Source: Squalus acanthias
Lineage: Eukaryota
DNA: 64,000 nt
Reading direction: 5' to 3'
Assembly: GCA_030390025.1 (NCBI GenBank)
Contig: CM059432.1
Location: 102,984,001-103,048,000 of the forward strand
In this document: positions 24,851 to 37,163 of the stretch, piece by piece
Numbering within the stretch: the stretch's first letter is position 1
Layout: each line of letters starts with the position of its first letter
Position numbers and translations under genes: made by a program
Notes under the pieces: generated by a model
The model's database searches: none
Seen by the model: only the letters and a program-made list of their open reading frames with translations
Told to the model about the DNA's origin: nothing

Positions 24851-27800
24851 GAGGAGCCAGAGAGTGGCGGTTCAGTGAGTATTTAAACTCACTTTCGCGG
24901 GCTTTTTTTCAGAGGCTTACCAATCTCACAGACCAGCAGCGGCTTTCCAGAGCCACGTCACAATTCAAAAAGTGACGCGGACAAGAGGAAGCAGCTGATT
25001 GGGTGAGTACGGCCAGGTGAGTATTTATACTACTCTATAGTTTGACAGTTTAGGTTAATAGTTTATAAAGCTTAGAAGGTCCTCATTTTTGTGGTTATAG
25101 TTTCAAAGGTCTCTGCTGTGTAGCAGGGAGTGCTAGTATACAAGGGCCCTTGAGTATATCATTTAATTGTAGTGTAATTTGTGGTATCGATTTGAGTTAA
25201 TTTAAATTAATTGAAGGGTAAGTCATGGCAGCACAGCTCGGCCCTGTGGCATGCTCTTCCTGCACTATGTGGGAAATCAGGGACACTTCCTGTGTCCCTG
25301 TTGACCATGTGTGTGGGAAGTGTATCCAGCTGCAGCTACTGGCAGACCACATTGCGGCGCTGGAGCTGCGAATGGATGTATACTGGAGCATTCACGATGC
25401 TGAGGACATCGTGGAAAGCACGTTTAGGGAGTTGGTCACACCGCAGGTAAAGGCTGCACAGGCAGGAAGGGAATGGGTGACCACCAGGCAGAGTAGTAGG
25501 CGCAGGCAGGTAGTGCAGGGGTTCCCTGTGGACATCCCCCTCTCAAACAGATATTGTTGAGGGAGATGGCATATCAGGGGAAGGCAGCAGCAGCCAACTT
25601 CCTGGCACCATGGGTGGTTCTGCTGCACAGGACAGGAGGAAAAAGAGCGGAAGAGCTATAGTGATTGGGGATTCTATTATAAGGGGAATAGATTGGCGTT
25701 TCTGCGGCCACAAACGAGACTCCAGGATGGTATGTTGCCTCCCTGGTGCAAGGGTCAAGGATGTCTCGGAGCGGCTGCAGGGCATTCTGGAGGGGGAAGG
25801 TGAACAGCCAGTTGTCGTGGTGCATATAGGTACCAACAATATAGGTAAAAAACGGGATGAGGTCCTAAAAGCTGAATATAGGGAGTTAGGAGCTAAATTT
25901 AAAAAATAGGACCTCAAAGGTAGTAATCTCAGGATTGCTACCGGTGCCACGTGCTAGTCAGAGTAGAAATAAAAGGATATTTCAGATGAATACGTGGCTA
26001 GAGGAATGGTGCAAGGGGGAGGGATTCAAATTCCTGGGACATTGGAACCGGTTCTGTGGGAGGTGGGACCAGTACAAACTGGATGGTTTGCACCTGGGCA
26101 GGACCGGGACCAATGTCCTAGGGGGAGTGTTTGCTAGTGCTGTTGGGGAGGGTTTAAACTAAAATGGCAGGGGGTTGGGAACCTGTGCAGGGAAACAGAG
26201 GAAAGGGAAGCAAGGATAGAAGCAAAAGACAGGAAGGAGAAAAGCAAAAGTAGAAGGCAGAGAAATCAAGGGTGTAAATCAAACAGGGCTACAGTAAATA
26301 ATAATTCTAAAAGGACTAAGAGTGTTAAAAAAAAGCCTGAAGGCTTTGTGTCTTAATGCGAGGAGCATTCTTAATAAGGTGGATGAATTAGCTGCACTAA
26401 TAGATGTAAACGGATATGATATAATTGGGATTACGGAGACATGGCTCCAGTGTGACCAAGGCTGGGAATTCAACATCCAGGGGTATTCAATATTCAGGAA
26501 GGACAGACAAAAAGGAAAAGGAGGTGGGGTAGCATTGCTGGTTAAAGTGGAGATTAACACAATAGTAAGGAAGGATATTAGCTCTGATGATGTGGAATCT
26601 GTATGGGTAGAGCTGAGAAATACCAAGGGGCAGAAAACATTAGTGGGAGTTATACCCCCAAACAGTAATGCTGAGGTTGGGGATGGCATTAAATGGGAAA
26701 TTAGAGACATGTGCAATAAGGGTGCAGCAGTTATCATGGGTGACTTTAATCTACATATAGATTGGGCTAACCAAATTAGTAACAATACTGTGGAGGAGGA
26801 ATTCCTAGAGTGTATACGGGATGGTTTCCTGGACCAATATGTCGAGGAACCAACTGGAGATCAGGCCATCTTAGACTGGGTATTATGTAATGAGAAAGGA
26901 TTAATTAGCGATCTTGTTGTGCGAGGCCCCTTGGGGAGGAGCGATCATAATATGTAGAATTCTTCATTAAAATGGAGAGTGAAGTAGTTGAATCAGAGAC
27001 TAGGGTCCTGAATTTAAATAAAGGAAACTATGATGGTATGAGGCGTGAGTTGGCTAGGATTGATTGGGGAGCGTTACTTAAAGGGTTGACGGTGGATAGG
27101 CAATAGCAAATATTTAAAGATCGCATGGATGAACTACAGAATTTGTTCATCCCTGTTTGGCATAAAAATAAAACAAAAAAGGTGACTCAACCATGGCTAA
27201 CAAGAGAAATTAGGGATAGCATAAGATCCAAGGAGAGGACATATAAATTGGCCAGAAAAAGCAGCAAACCTGAGGATTGGGAGCAGTTTAGGATTCAGCA
27301 AAGGAGGACAAAGGGATTAATTAAGAGGGGGAAAATAGAATATGAGAGTAAGCTTGTAGGGAACATAAAAACTGACTGTAAAAGCTTCTATAGATATGTG
27401 AAGAGAAAAAGATTGGTGAAGTCAAGCGTAGGTCCCTTGCAGTCAGAATCAGGGGAATTTATAATGGGGAACAAAGAAATGACAGACCAATTAAATACAT
27501 ACTTTGGTTCTGTCTTCACAAAGGAGGACAGAAATAAACTCCCAGAGATGTCGGGGAACATAGGGTCTAATGAGAGGGAGGAATTGAATGAAATCAGTAT
27601 TTGTAGGGAAATGGTGTTAGGGAAATTGACGGGATTGAAGGCCGATAAATCCCCAGGGCCTGATAATCTACATCCTAGGGTACTTAAGGAAGTGGCCCTA
27701 GAAATAGTAGATGCATTGCTGGTCATCTTCCAAAATTCTATAGACTCTGGAACAGTTCCCATGGATTGGAGGGTAGCTAAGGTAACCCCACTATTTAAAA

Positions 27801-29210
27801 AAGGTGGTAGAGAAAAAACGGGGAATTATAGACCGGTAAACCTGACCGGTAGTGGGGAAAATGCTTGAGTCCATTATAAAAGATGTAATAGCAGAGCACT
27901 TGGAAAACAGTGACAGGATCAGACAAAGTCAACATGGATTTACAAAAGGTAAATCATGCCTGACTAATCTACTGGAATTTTTTGAGGATGTAACTGTTAG
28001 AATAGATAAGGGAGAACCAGTGGATGTGGTATATTTGGACTTTCAGAAGGCTTTCGATAAGGTCCCGCATAAGAGATTGGCATGCAAAGTTAAAGCACAT
28101 GGGATTGGGGGTAAGGTACTGACTTGGATAGAGAACTGGTTGGCAGACAGGAAGCAAACAGTTGGAATAAACGGGTCTTTTTCCGAGTGGCAGGCAGTGA
28201 CTAGTGGGGTACCACAGGGATCGGTGCTAGGACCCCAGCTATTCACAATATATATTAATCATCTAGACGAGGGAACTAGATGTAATATCTCTAAGTTTGC
28301 AGATGACACAAAGCTGGGTGGGCGTGTGTGCTGTGAGGAGGATGCAGAGAAACTCCAGTATGATTTGGGCAGATGCATGGCAGATGCAGTATAATATGGA
28401 TAAATGCGAGGTTATCCACTTTGGTGGCAAAAACAGGAAGACAGATTATTATCTGAACGGCAATAGATTGGGAAAAGGGGAAGTGCAATGAGAGCTGGGT
28501 GTCCTTGTGCACCAGTCGCTGAAGGTAAGCATGCAGGTGGAGCAGGCGGTTAAGAAGGCAAATGGTATGTTGGCCTTCATAGCGAGAGGATTCGAGTACA
28601 GGAGCAAGGATGTCTTGCTGCAGTTGTACAAGGCCTTGGTGAGACCACACCTTGAGTATTGTGTGCAGTTTTGGTCCCCTTATCTGAGGAAGGATGTTCT
28701 TGCCATGGAGGGAGTGCAGTGAAGATTTACCAGACTGATACCTGGGATGGCAGGAATGATGTATGAAGAGAGATTGGGTCGATTAGGCTTATATTCGCTA
28801 GAGTTTAGAAGAATGAGAGGGGATCTCATTGAAACTTATAAAATTCTAACAGGACTAGACAGACTAGATGCAGGAAGGATGTTCCCGATGGCGGGGGAGC
28901 CCAGAACCAGAGGTCACAGTCTAAGGATAAGTGGTAAGCCATTTAGGACTGAGATGAGGAGGAATTTCTTCACCCAGAGAGTGTTGAACCTGTGGAATTC
29001 TCTACCACAGAAGGCAGTTGAGGCCAATTCATTAAATATATTGAAGAAGGAGATAGATATATTTCTTAAGGCTAAAGGGATCAAGGGATATGGGGAGAAA
29101 GCAGGGACAGGGTACTGAATTTGGATGATCAGCCATGATCTCATTAAATGGCGGAGCAGGCTCGAGGGGCCAAATGGCCTACTCCTGCTCCTATCTTCTA
29201 TGCTTCTATG
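24851..29210 (+). mobile_element. Full-length CR1 LINE (~4.36 kb): 5' UTR, ORF1 25225-26162, ORF2 ~26322-29118, few disablements
   Basis: ORF1 CSSC..CGKC, GDS, HIGTN, DGLH; ORF2 NARS, ITETW, GDFN, SDH, GVPQGS, FADD; 7-bp TSD CTTCTGG (24844-50, 29211-17); (CTTCTATG)n tail. Confidence 0.97.
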
Positions 29211-31992
29211 CTTCTGGCCTGTGCAGCTTCAGGTGGGTGAGCAGCAGCTTGGCACTCCTGTTGTTGCTGCTGCTGTTGTTCATGGTTCTGCTGCTGCCAC
29301 GGCTGGTCTTCGTCCGAATCTGATGTCCAGGAGGAAAGAAAATAAATGGTCGCCATGCTTCTGGTATATGCCTCAGTTGAGGAAGCGCTCAGTCAAGGTG
29401 GAGAGAGGGGTTTCCCAGGAGGTCACACTGGAGATGGGTGTCAGGCTCCAAACTTCCACAACAATGAGTATGCCTGCTAAAAGTTCCCCCAGACCTGAGA
29501 CAACAAAGTTCTGCCACCCTCAAATGATGATTGCTGAAAACTCCTTTTTAATGGTGGAGCTGCAGCTGTTAGTAAGCAATCCACTTGTGAGGCTGCCAGG
29601 ATTAACTGGACTGTTCCAGAGGAGACGTGCAGAATGGGGGGAAAGTGTTAAAATCAGAAAGGCCTCTCAAAATGGGATTATAGAGGCAATGAACTGGTTG
29701 TTAAGGGCCTTAAGGGACTATCCTGCCTCTTGGAGGCGGGATGGAAACGGGGTCTGAAACCCCGATTCTGGGAAAATTGCTCGGAGGCGGGCTGGTGGGG
29801 GGATCGGAGCCGCCCGCCATTTTTTGCAATTTTAACACCTCACACACCTTCAACCCCGCCTCCTCGGGCCTGACAAAATCGAGCCCGTTAACTATGTTTA
29901 ACTCTCCACGGATGCTGCCTGGCCTGCTGAGTGTTTCCAGCCTTTTCTGTTGTTATTTCTGCTTCCTTCCTTGTTGGGCTGGATAAAAATTGATCAAGAA
30001 AGTTCTCTTGTACACATTTCAGGAATTCCTCCCACTCTTTGCCCTTTACACTTGTATTTTCCCAACTATATTAGGATCATCAAAGTCCCCCATTATCACT
30101 ACTTTAAAGTTCTTGCATCTTTCTGCAATTTGCCTGCAAATTTGCTCCTCTATCTCCTTCCCATTATTTGGTGGCCTATAGTATACACTCAACAGCGTAA
30201 TAGCTCGTCTTTTGTCTTTGAACCCTCAAGTACATCATCCCTTTCTAATGCTGTAACAGTATCTTTGATCAATATTGCCACCCGCCTCCTTTCTTTCCTT
30301 CGCTATCTTTCCTGAATACATCGTATCCAGGAATATTAAGTGCCTATTGCTCTCCTTATTTGAGCTAGGGCTCCGTTATTGCCACTGTATCATAATGCAA
30401 TGTGTCTACTTGTGCCTGCAGCTCGCCAACCATATTTAGGACGCTCTGTGCATTTACGCAGATCCATTCTAAAACCATCTTTGTCTGCCTCGCATTTCCC
30501 TCCTGTCAGATCCCTCCTATTTCTGAACTACTCTTTATTCTAATGCTGTTTATCTCTTCCAGTCCTCTGTACACCTTGTAGCTCTTCTCTAATGCTTCAC
30601 CCTAGTGCCCCTAACTCTACCAAATTAGTTTAAACCCTCACTCGTTAACCTCCCTGGTCCCAGCCCTGTTGAGGTGCATCCCGTCCATCTTGTACTTGTA
30701 CTTCTGCCCAGAACTTGTCCCAATGCCCCAGAAATCTGAAGCCCTCCCTCCTGCACCGCTTTTCTGGCCACGCATTACGCCATGTCTTATCTTACTGCTC
30801 CAATATTCACTTGCACGTGGCACTGGGAGTAATCCTGAGATTACTACCTTTGAGGTCCTGCTCTTTAACTTCCTCCTAGCTCCTGAAGCTCTGTCTGTAG
30901 GACCTCAACCCTTTACCTACCTATGTCATTGTTTCTAACATACACACGACGTCTGGCTGTTCCCCTTCCCCCCGCACCCATTCACCCTTTACCCTGGCAC
31001 GAAGGAGGATCTAGACTGCACTCTGTCGGGATGTCATCACCCTCATCGGTATTCTCTGTATTTGGCTTTGCGCTACCAAATGTTCCAGACTCTAGACAAT
31101 ATCAAGACACTCTTTTAAGGCTATTTATGAAATTTCTTTTGCAAATGGCTTGGGCCCAAGGCAACAGTGACATTTCTTTTGATAGATCCTCCAGGCAGTG
31201 AGATAGATGTTCTAGGATTTCCCAAAGGATTCTTCATTTTCCAGACAATCGGATGTTATGCCCTTACACACGCTGTAGTCCCTGGGTAAGACTGACTACA
31301 AGCTCCTTATTATGACAACTCTTTTCAAATGTTAGATCAAAGAAAAACCATCAGTATTCTCATTCAAAATTTATTTTCTGAAATAATGGGTGATGGGCTG
31401 TGTTATGTGATTGTAGGAACTAAGTGAAATTATTAATTTTGCCATTTCTAGTAACAAATGATAGAACTTGAGTTGATTTTGCTTGAGAGCATAGCCTGTC
31501 TAAAGACTGAAAATGGAAATGTGCCATCAAATATATTACACTTTTGAAAAAATATTTTCAATCAAATAACATTGGTAGACTCCAAAAGATATTGATATTT
31601 TGGGTCTTCTCCCAATGCACAGGAATCTAAAGAGACTTCTGACAGGGTCCTAGAATTGCCATTTCAAAATGTGGGGAGGTAACATCAGGAAGATGTACAG
31701 AAGGTGCAGGAGTACATTCATTTTCTGATGTTTGCTTTCTTCAGCAGTGCCACCTGTCCAGATTTGCATATATGTGGAGCAGAGGGGCGGGGTGATGATT
31801 TGTTCTTTTGTACATGGCAGCGAGTTATTATACTTGGGTAACTGAATGAATATGAATGTTTCCGAATGAGTAAAGAAACAAGTTTTGTATATTTGTTCTG
31901 AAACCTGCTCAGCAAGTTACAGGCCCTTTGCTTTGGTGTAATTGTAACCCAAGAGCTGATTGAATTATATATACAGATAGTATACATATATA

Positions 31993-32178
31993 TGGTTCTT
32001 GGGATGTGAGCAATGCTGGCAAAGCTGCATTTACTGAGCTGAAAAGGTGGTGGGCCTGCTTCTCGACCCGCTGCAATCCTTACTGGGTGATAGTATGGAA
32101 TTCTAGGATACAGCTACAGAACCAGCAACAATGAAAGAATGACAGTATATTTCCAAGTCAGGATTGTGTGTGATTTTG
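31993..32178 (-). mobile_element. Degenerate LINE 3' fragment (family of 10308-11225)
   Basis: Resembles 2540-2720. Confidence 0.5.
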
Positions 32179-32435
32179 ATTATTTGATGGTGCGGCAGAA
32201 GCTGGAGAGTAGAGTGCCAGAGCAAATCATAAATTTGTTTTCATAGAAAGACATTTTATGTTCCACTCCTCCCCACGCCATACAAAGGGGATATGTGGGT
32301 TCTGGCTTATGGGCATTGCCAGCATCTCTATGGAGAGCACAAACAGAAATGGAGTTGAGAACATTCTTGCTGGGTCTTCTCTGAGGCAGGGGGGGAGCTG
32401 TAGTCATTAAAACACATTGAAGATGAATTATTTTT

Positions 32436-33075
32436 AAAATTCATTCACAGGATGTGGCGTTATTGGCAAGGCCAGCATTTATTGCCCATCCCTAATTGCC
32501 TGTGAGAAGGTGGTGGTGAGCCCTCTTGAACCACTGATGTAGCAGTTTGATGCAACTGAGTGGTTTGTCAGGCCATGTTAGAGGGCAGTTGAGAGTTAAC
32601 CATATTGTGGGTCTAGGGTCACAGGTAAGGACAGCAGATTTTCTTCCCTAAAGGGCACTAGTGAAGCAGATGGGTTTTTACAACAATCTGGTAGTTTCAT
32701 GGTCAACATTACTGATACTGTGGTGGATCGCCACCTAAACGGGCGCAATCCACTTTTCCGTCCGTGGACAATAAATTGGGCACCTTGCCTTTAAGGCAGG
32801 AAAAAAGGAGTGGGCGGGGCCTCTGGATTTTTGCAGAGAAATGTGGCTGCAGCCATTTTGAGCAGAGATGTGATTAAAAGCTATGTGTTTCACATGCTGA
32901 CTCAGCCTTAATTCGTGCTTCGCGGCAGCCACAACAATACCAGCTTTTTATTTCAAATTTATTTAATTAACTGAATTTATCCCCTGCTGTGGTGGGATTT
33001 GAACTCATCTTTCAACAGATCATTAGCCCAGGCCTCTGGATTAATAGTCCAGTAACATAACCACTATGCTACTGT
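32436..33075 (-). mobile_element. tRNA-derived SINE (same family as 2533-3058) with a 218-bp insert
   Basis: Collinear with the first copy. Confidence 0.8.
32719..32936. mobile_element. Short solo-LTR-like insert (218 bp)
   Basis: TGTGGTGG...CCACAACA ends; 4-bp TSD ATAC (32715-18, 32937-40); ATTAAA near 32873. Confidence 0.65.
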
Positions 33076-34462
33076 ACAGAGTTCACTAGGTCATTTGTTA
33101 TTTTACTGCACACTTTACAGATTGAAGTAATGGGTCCAATCTGGGTTTTGGACAAATGTTGTAATTTTGCCCCCTGTAAAATAGTCTTGAGCATTCCTTC
33201 AATGTGGACGTTAAGCTAATTTATTTATAATTCACTCATGCCTGTTCACACTTTCATGTCGGGTGCTGGAACATTCCCTATTTCTAAACTCAGGTAGCTC
33301 ATTGAAGTATAGCCAATTAAAGGTGCTTACTCCTAAAGAGTTGCAGACAAGTAGAAGCTCTGATGCCCAAATATGTCCGTGTGCTTTAGAGTAGTAATTT
33401 CTTCCCTTTCGCCAAAGGTTTTTAACAGCTTATCTTTACTCAAAAAGTATTATTCATTTACCACTTAAATTGAAGTATAATTAACTCTATACCAATAATT
33501 AAAATTTCAAGCATACTTTTGAACATTACATGATGTACATATTTTTATACCTGTTGGTATAGATCTTATAATTGCAAACATCAGGTTGTAATTCAGTGTA
33601 TTTCCTAAGATACTACAATAAATGTGCCATTATATTCACGTCCTGATATTTCATTGAATCTTGGAGAGTGGGAATAGCTCATGTGCAGACTCCCACTAAA
33701 TATCTGTCCCTCGATACATTCTGACCACTTTGGTAAAAATTATGTTGATGCCAGAAGCAATTTCCTATTAGTGAAGACTGTACAGAAGTATCAAACTTGC
33801 TGACAGAAACAAGTTTGCAATTCCCAGGAAAAAAGAGAAAGCCCAGATGAAAATTTAAAAGGAGTAGCCTGTAGCAATAATCCTTTTGCCTCTGTTAGCT
33901 GCCTGCTCTATCACCACACATTCCTCTGAGGCCACTGAACAAAATACATTTCATAAAGACTGTAGTAGTGGACCTGATGGGCCAATCTTTCTCTTTTAGA
34001 GACAAATTTGGCATATGTTGACAATTCAAGCAGGTGGCCTTGAGTGAACTGAGCAGTGCTTGTACCAATTAAAGGACTCTGTCATGACTGGATCAGGCAG
34101 CTAAGGGAAAAGGGATGGGAACAGTTGAGTGTTATTTATTATCTGTGCTACCTCTCTTTTTTGCTCTGTTTGCTTGCAGAATGTAAACTCATATGTGTCA
34201 TCAACTTTAATATTTGTGCTCCTGTGCCATTTTTATATGTAGAAAAAGATCAGTTACCTGCACCTGTATAAGTTTTCTAAAGTGACTGTAATTTGTTTGA
34301 TGATAGATTTTTAGTTTCATCCTCTACATAAGCTAAACTCCCCCACTCACACCCCACCAGAATGAATGGTAGGTTCTGACACGAACAGAGGTAAATGCTT
34401 CTTCAGCAAGACTGCATACTTTGGCTTGAAATATTTCAGATAATAAACTGAATTCTCTGCTG

Positions 34463-34640
34463 AAACAGAGTTAACGTTTCAGGTCAATGATCTTTCATCA
34501 GAACTGGAAGATGTTCGAGATGAACAGTTTTTAAACAAGTACGGAGCTAGGGAAAAGGGTAGTGGAGGGCAGGAAAGAACAAATGGAAAAGTCTGTGATA
34601 GGGTGGAGGGCGGGAGTGATTAAATAACTGAAGTGATGAT
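34463..34640 (-). mobile_element. Penelope pLTR fragment
   Basis: Reverse complement matches 15300-15452. Confidence 0.7.
34466..34507 (-). ncRNA. Hammerhead ribozyme motif
   Basis: Minus strand CCAGTT CTGATGA AAGATC ATT GACCT GAAA CGTTA ACTCTG. Confidence 0.6.
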
Positions 34641-34805
34641 GTCCACTGTGAACTAGCTTTTAAAGATTTGTGTGCATGGACACATACACCTCTTTACTCC
34701 TCCACAGTTATAAGTTTCTCACCTTTAAGAAAATATTCTGATTTGTCTTTCTCAGATCCAAAGTGGATGACCTGACCTTCTCCACATTGAACTCCATCTG
34801 CCATA
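34641..34805 (-). mobile_element. CR1 RT fragment
   Basis: CCACATTGAACTCCATCTGCCA = WQMEFNV on the minus strand. Confidence 0.6.
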
Positions 34806-34809
34806 GTAG

Positions 34810-36860
34810 TGGGTTGGTGTAAGACATTTAAAAAGTGTTTAAAGTGTCCAGGGAGTGCAGGGAGTGCTGCTGGATGTTTGCAAGGCTTTGGCTCTTAAAG
34901 GAAGGCCTTTGAGAACACCACTTGCTCCCAGTCCTGGGGGCTCTAGTTGCAGTCCCTCTTGGGCTGCAGCATGACATGGAGATGGAGCAGAGGCAGCAGA
35001 GGGAGGAGAGGAGGAGGAGGAAGAAGCGGAAGAGGAGGAAGCGGAAGAGGAGGAGGAGGAGGAAGAGGAGGATGAGGAAGCGGAAGAGGAGGAGGAGGAG
35101 GAAGAGGAGGAGGAGGAAGCGGAAGGAAGGAGGCAACCCAGACAACCCCTGCCTGGCCGGGATCGAATCATCCGCCTGTGGTACCAGTGAACATAACCCC
35201 AATTCCCCTTTCAACATTAGTCCCACACCTTACCTTCCCTCTGTTACTGACCATCACAGCATCCTCTTGGCCACAATGCTGAAATAAAAGCCACCACAAA
35301 GCAAACTTTCCAATTCAACTTTATGCATATATGCTTCCAATACTACATCAAAAAATCAACTAATCACCCTTGTTCATTCCCTTAGTGACTGTCTTGTGTG
35401 TGCCTTTGCCTATTCTAGTGCTCCTATGCAGTGCTACCCCAGTGGCTGCAACATGGCTGGTGGAAGGCTGCTGACTTTCAGTGGGAGAGACTGCAGATGG
35501 CCTTGCAGGACAACCTCGAGGAGCTCTGGGCCTAGCAGGCCCAGCTTCAGACTGCACCACCTCGTCATGGCCGGCAGCAGTCTGGGCTGGCTGGCTGAGA
35601 GTGTGAAATCGAGTGACAGTGTTTTTCCTTCTTCTTCACTCTCCTCTCCCTCTTCTTGTTGATCCACTAGCTGGGCAGGCTGGATTTCTTAGGTTTCCGA
35701 AATAAGAAAGACACAAGTGTAGGGTTGTGGTGAGGGGTGGGGGTAAATCAAGAGGTGCATGCGTACACCATGTGCAGATTGTAAATCAGAGGAGATTGTG
35801 GGATGAGGAGGAAGTGAGATGTGAGAAGGAGGATAACCTGTGAGGATATCGGCATCTTGTATTCTTTCAGCCCCGCCGCTGGCCATGAGCTCAGCCAAGA
35901 ATGGCCAGCACCGTCTCCTCCAAGGGGGTGAGGTGATGCAGGTGAGCTAGTCCCCGGCCGTTTAAGGTCTGCTAGCACCGGTTATGCACCAGCTTTTCCT
36001 GCAAGAGAAAGGGAACTGTGTCAGTGAATGTGGTGCAATGTATTTGGGTGATGTGGCTGTCATGGTTGAATAACTGACAGTTTGTTCAAGCTATGAGATG
36101 TCGATGTGAGGCTTGCAGCATTGGTAAGTGTGTGAGGCTGAGGTGAAGCTATGAATGTGAGGTGTGTCTCAGTTTGGTAGAGATTGTTGGTAGGTGAGTG
36201 ATGGGGGAGTTGTGCATTGAGCAGTGTGTGAGGCTGGTGGTGTAGTTGGTAGGAGACAGCTTTTGAAGATGCATTCGCCGACCTTGACCACTTGTCTGAG
36301 GTCATTAAACTTCTTTGGGCAATGGAGCCACAACCTGGGGGCAATATGCTGGCAGTGACCGCCTTGGCGATCTGGTCCCACAACCTTCTTACAGTGTTTC
36401 TGGAGGGCCTCCTGGCCCCCTGTGGGTAGAGGAGCTCTCTTCGAGTGTTCACCCCCAGCACAAAGGCCTTAAGTGCTATGCCGAAACCCTGAGTTTTCTT
36501 TCCCTGGTCTGTTGAACCATTTTGGTTTGTGCTGAAGCAGTTTTAAAATTTTGGATCACCAGAAGGCAGCTCACCTTTAAGAGGTGCAGACTGCCTTTAA
36601 GAAGCGCAGGCTAGCTTTTAAGTAAAGCTTTAAGTAAAGCTAGCCTCACGCGAACAGCGCAAACTTCAGTCCCCTGCTGAGTGCACAGACTGTCAGCAGC
36701 ATGTTCAGCGGTGGGTTGTGCGCTGCAATCATGCAAAGTAGCAGGCAGCACAAATTTTACATGCTGCCTGAACACCTTTCAATGGGCAGCAGCAGATCAC
36801 GCATCGCGCATAATCTGGCGGCGGGTCCCGCAGGGGCCACCATTTTCGGATTTCCGGCAG
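34810..36860. mobile_element. Harbinger derivative H3: nuclease reduced to N+C termini (+, ~34935-35190); Myb gene (-, 36520-35360)
   Basis: GALVAVPL...RRRR joined through a (GAG)n tract to ...RDRIIRLWYQ*; Myb RRELLYP..LWDQIA..HCPKKFNDL; termini not resolved. Confidence 0.75.
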
Positions 36861-37163
36861 AGCAAGCAATAGAAGCGATCGCTGAAGGGATTGAAATTAA
36901 CCAGATCGTGACGTCAGTGAGTGTGCAACGCTCACTTGACGCCCGGTCTGCAACATTGGATTTCACCACTGCACTTACCAGCATGCCTTAACGACAGGCA
37001 GAGCAAGCGTTCAAAGCAGGAAGGAGGCTTCAGCATGGTATTTAAAGGGATCATCAGCAATCACTTGCACCTGACATGTTTATGCAGTTTGAGGCTCTGT
37101 GCTACTTTCTGCAATCCCACCAGCTTTATTAACTTCTTTCAAGATTCTAAGATAACGGAGTGT

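Larger units (their letters stand above)
21191..29886. mobile_element. PIF/Harbinger transposon H2 (Myb gene +, nuclease internally deleted)
   Basis: TIRs GGGCCTGATTTTGCCA / TGACAAAATCGAGCCC; TSD GTT (21188-90, 29887-89). Confidence 0.9.
20287..29958 (+). mobile_element. Penelope-like element: inverted pLTR (20287-20542) + GIY-YIG endonuclease + pLTR, split by Harbinger H2
   Basis: GTFPCKRRRCDTC, LVYCIRCSRCGLLYIGETKRRLGDRFAEHL; 14-bp TSD CTGCTTCCTTCCTT (20273-86, 29959-72). Confidence 0.9.
19318..30990 (-). mobile_element. Fragmented CR1 LINE (pieces ~19318-19668, 19938-20286, 29973-30990) hosting a nest
   Basis: LNEYFASVFTK, KSPGQD, AVLDLILGN, SDHN; endonuclease and esterase (DGMHLNRAG) remnants resume after the Penelope TSD. 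Confidence 0.85.

Noticed and set aside
29125..29757. 210-aa ORF
   Set aside because: Chimeric read through CR1 tail and antisense Harbinger sequence; no domain recognised
34922..35287. Protamine-like Arg/Lys-rich ORF
   Set aside because: Out-of-frame reading of the (GAG)n acidic tail of a deleted Harbinger nuclease
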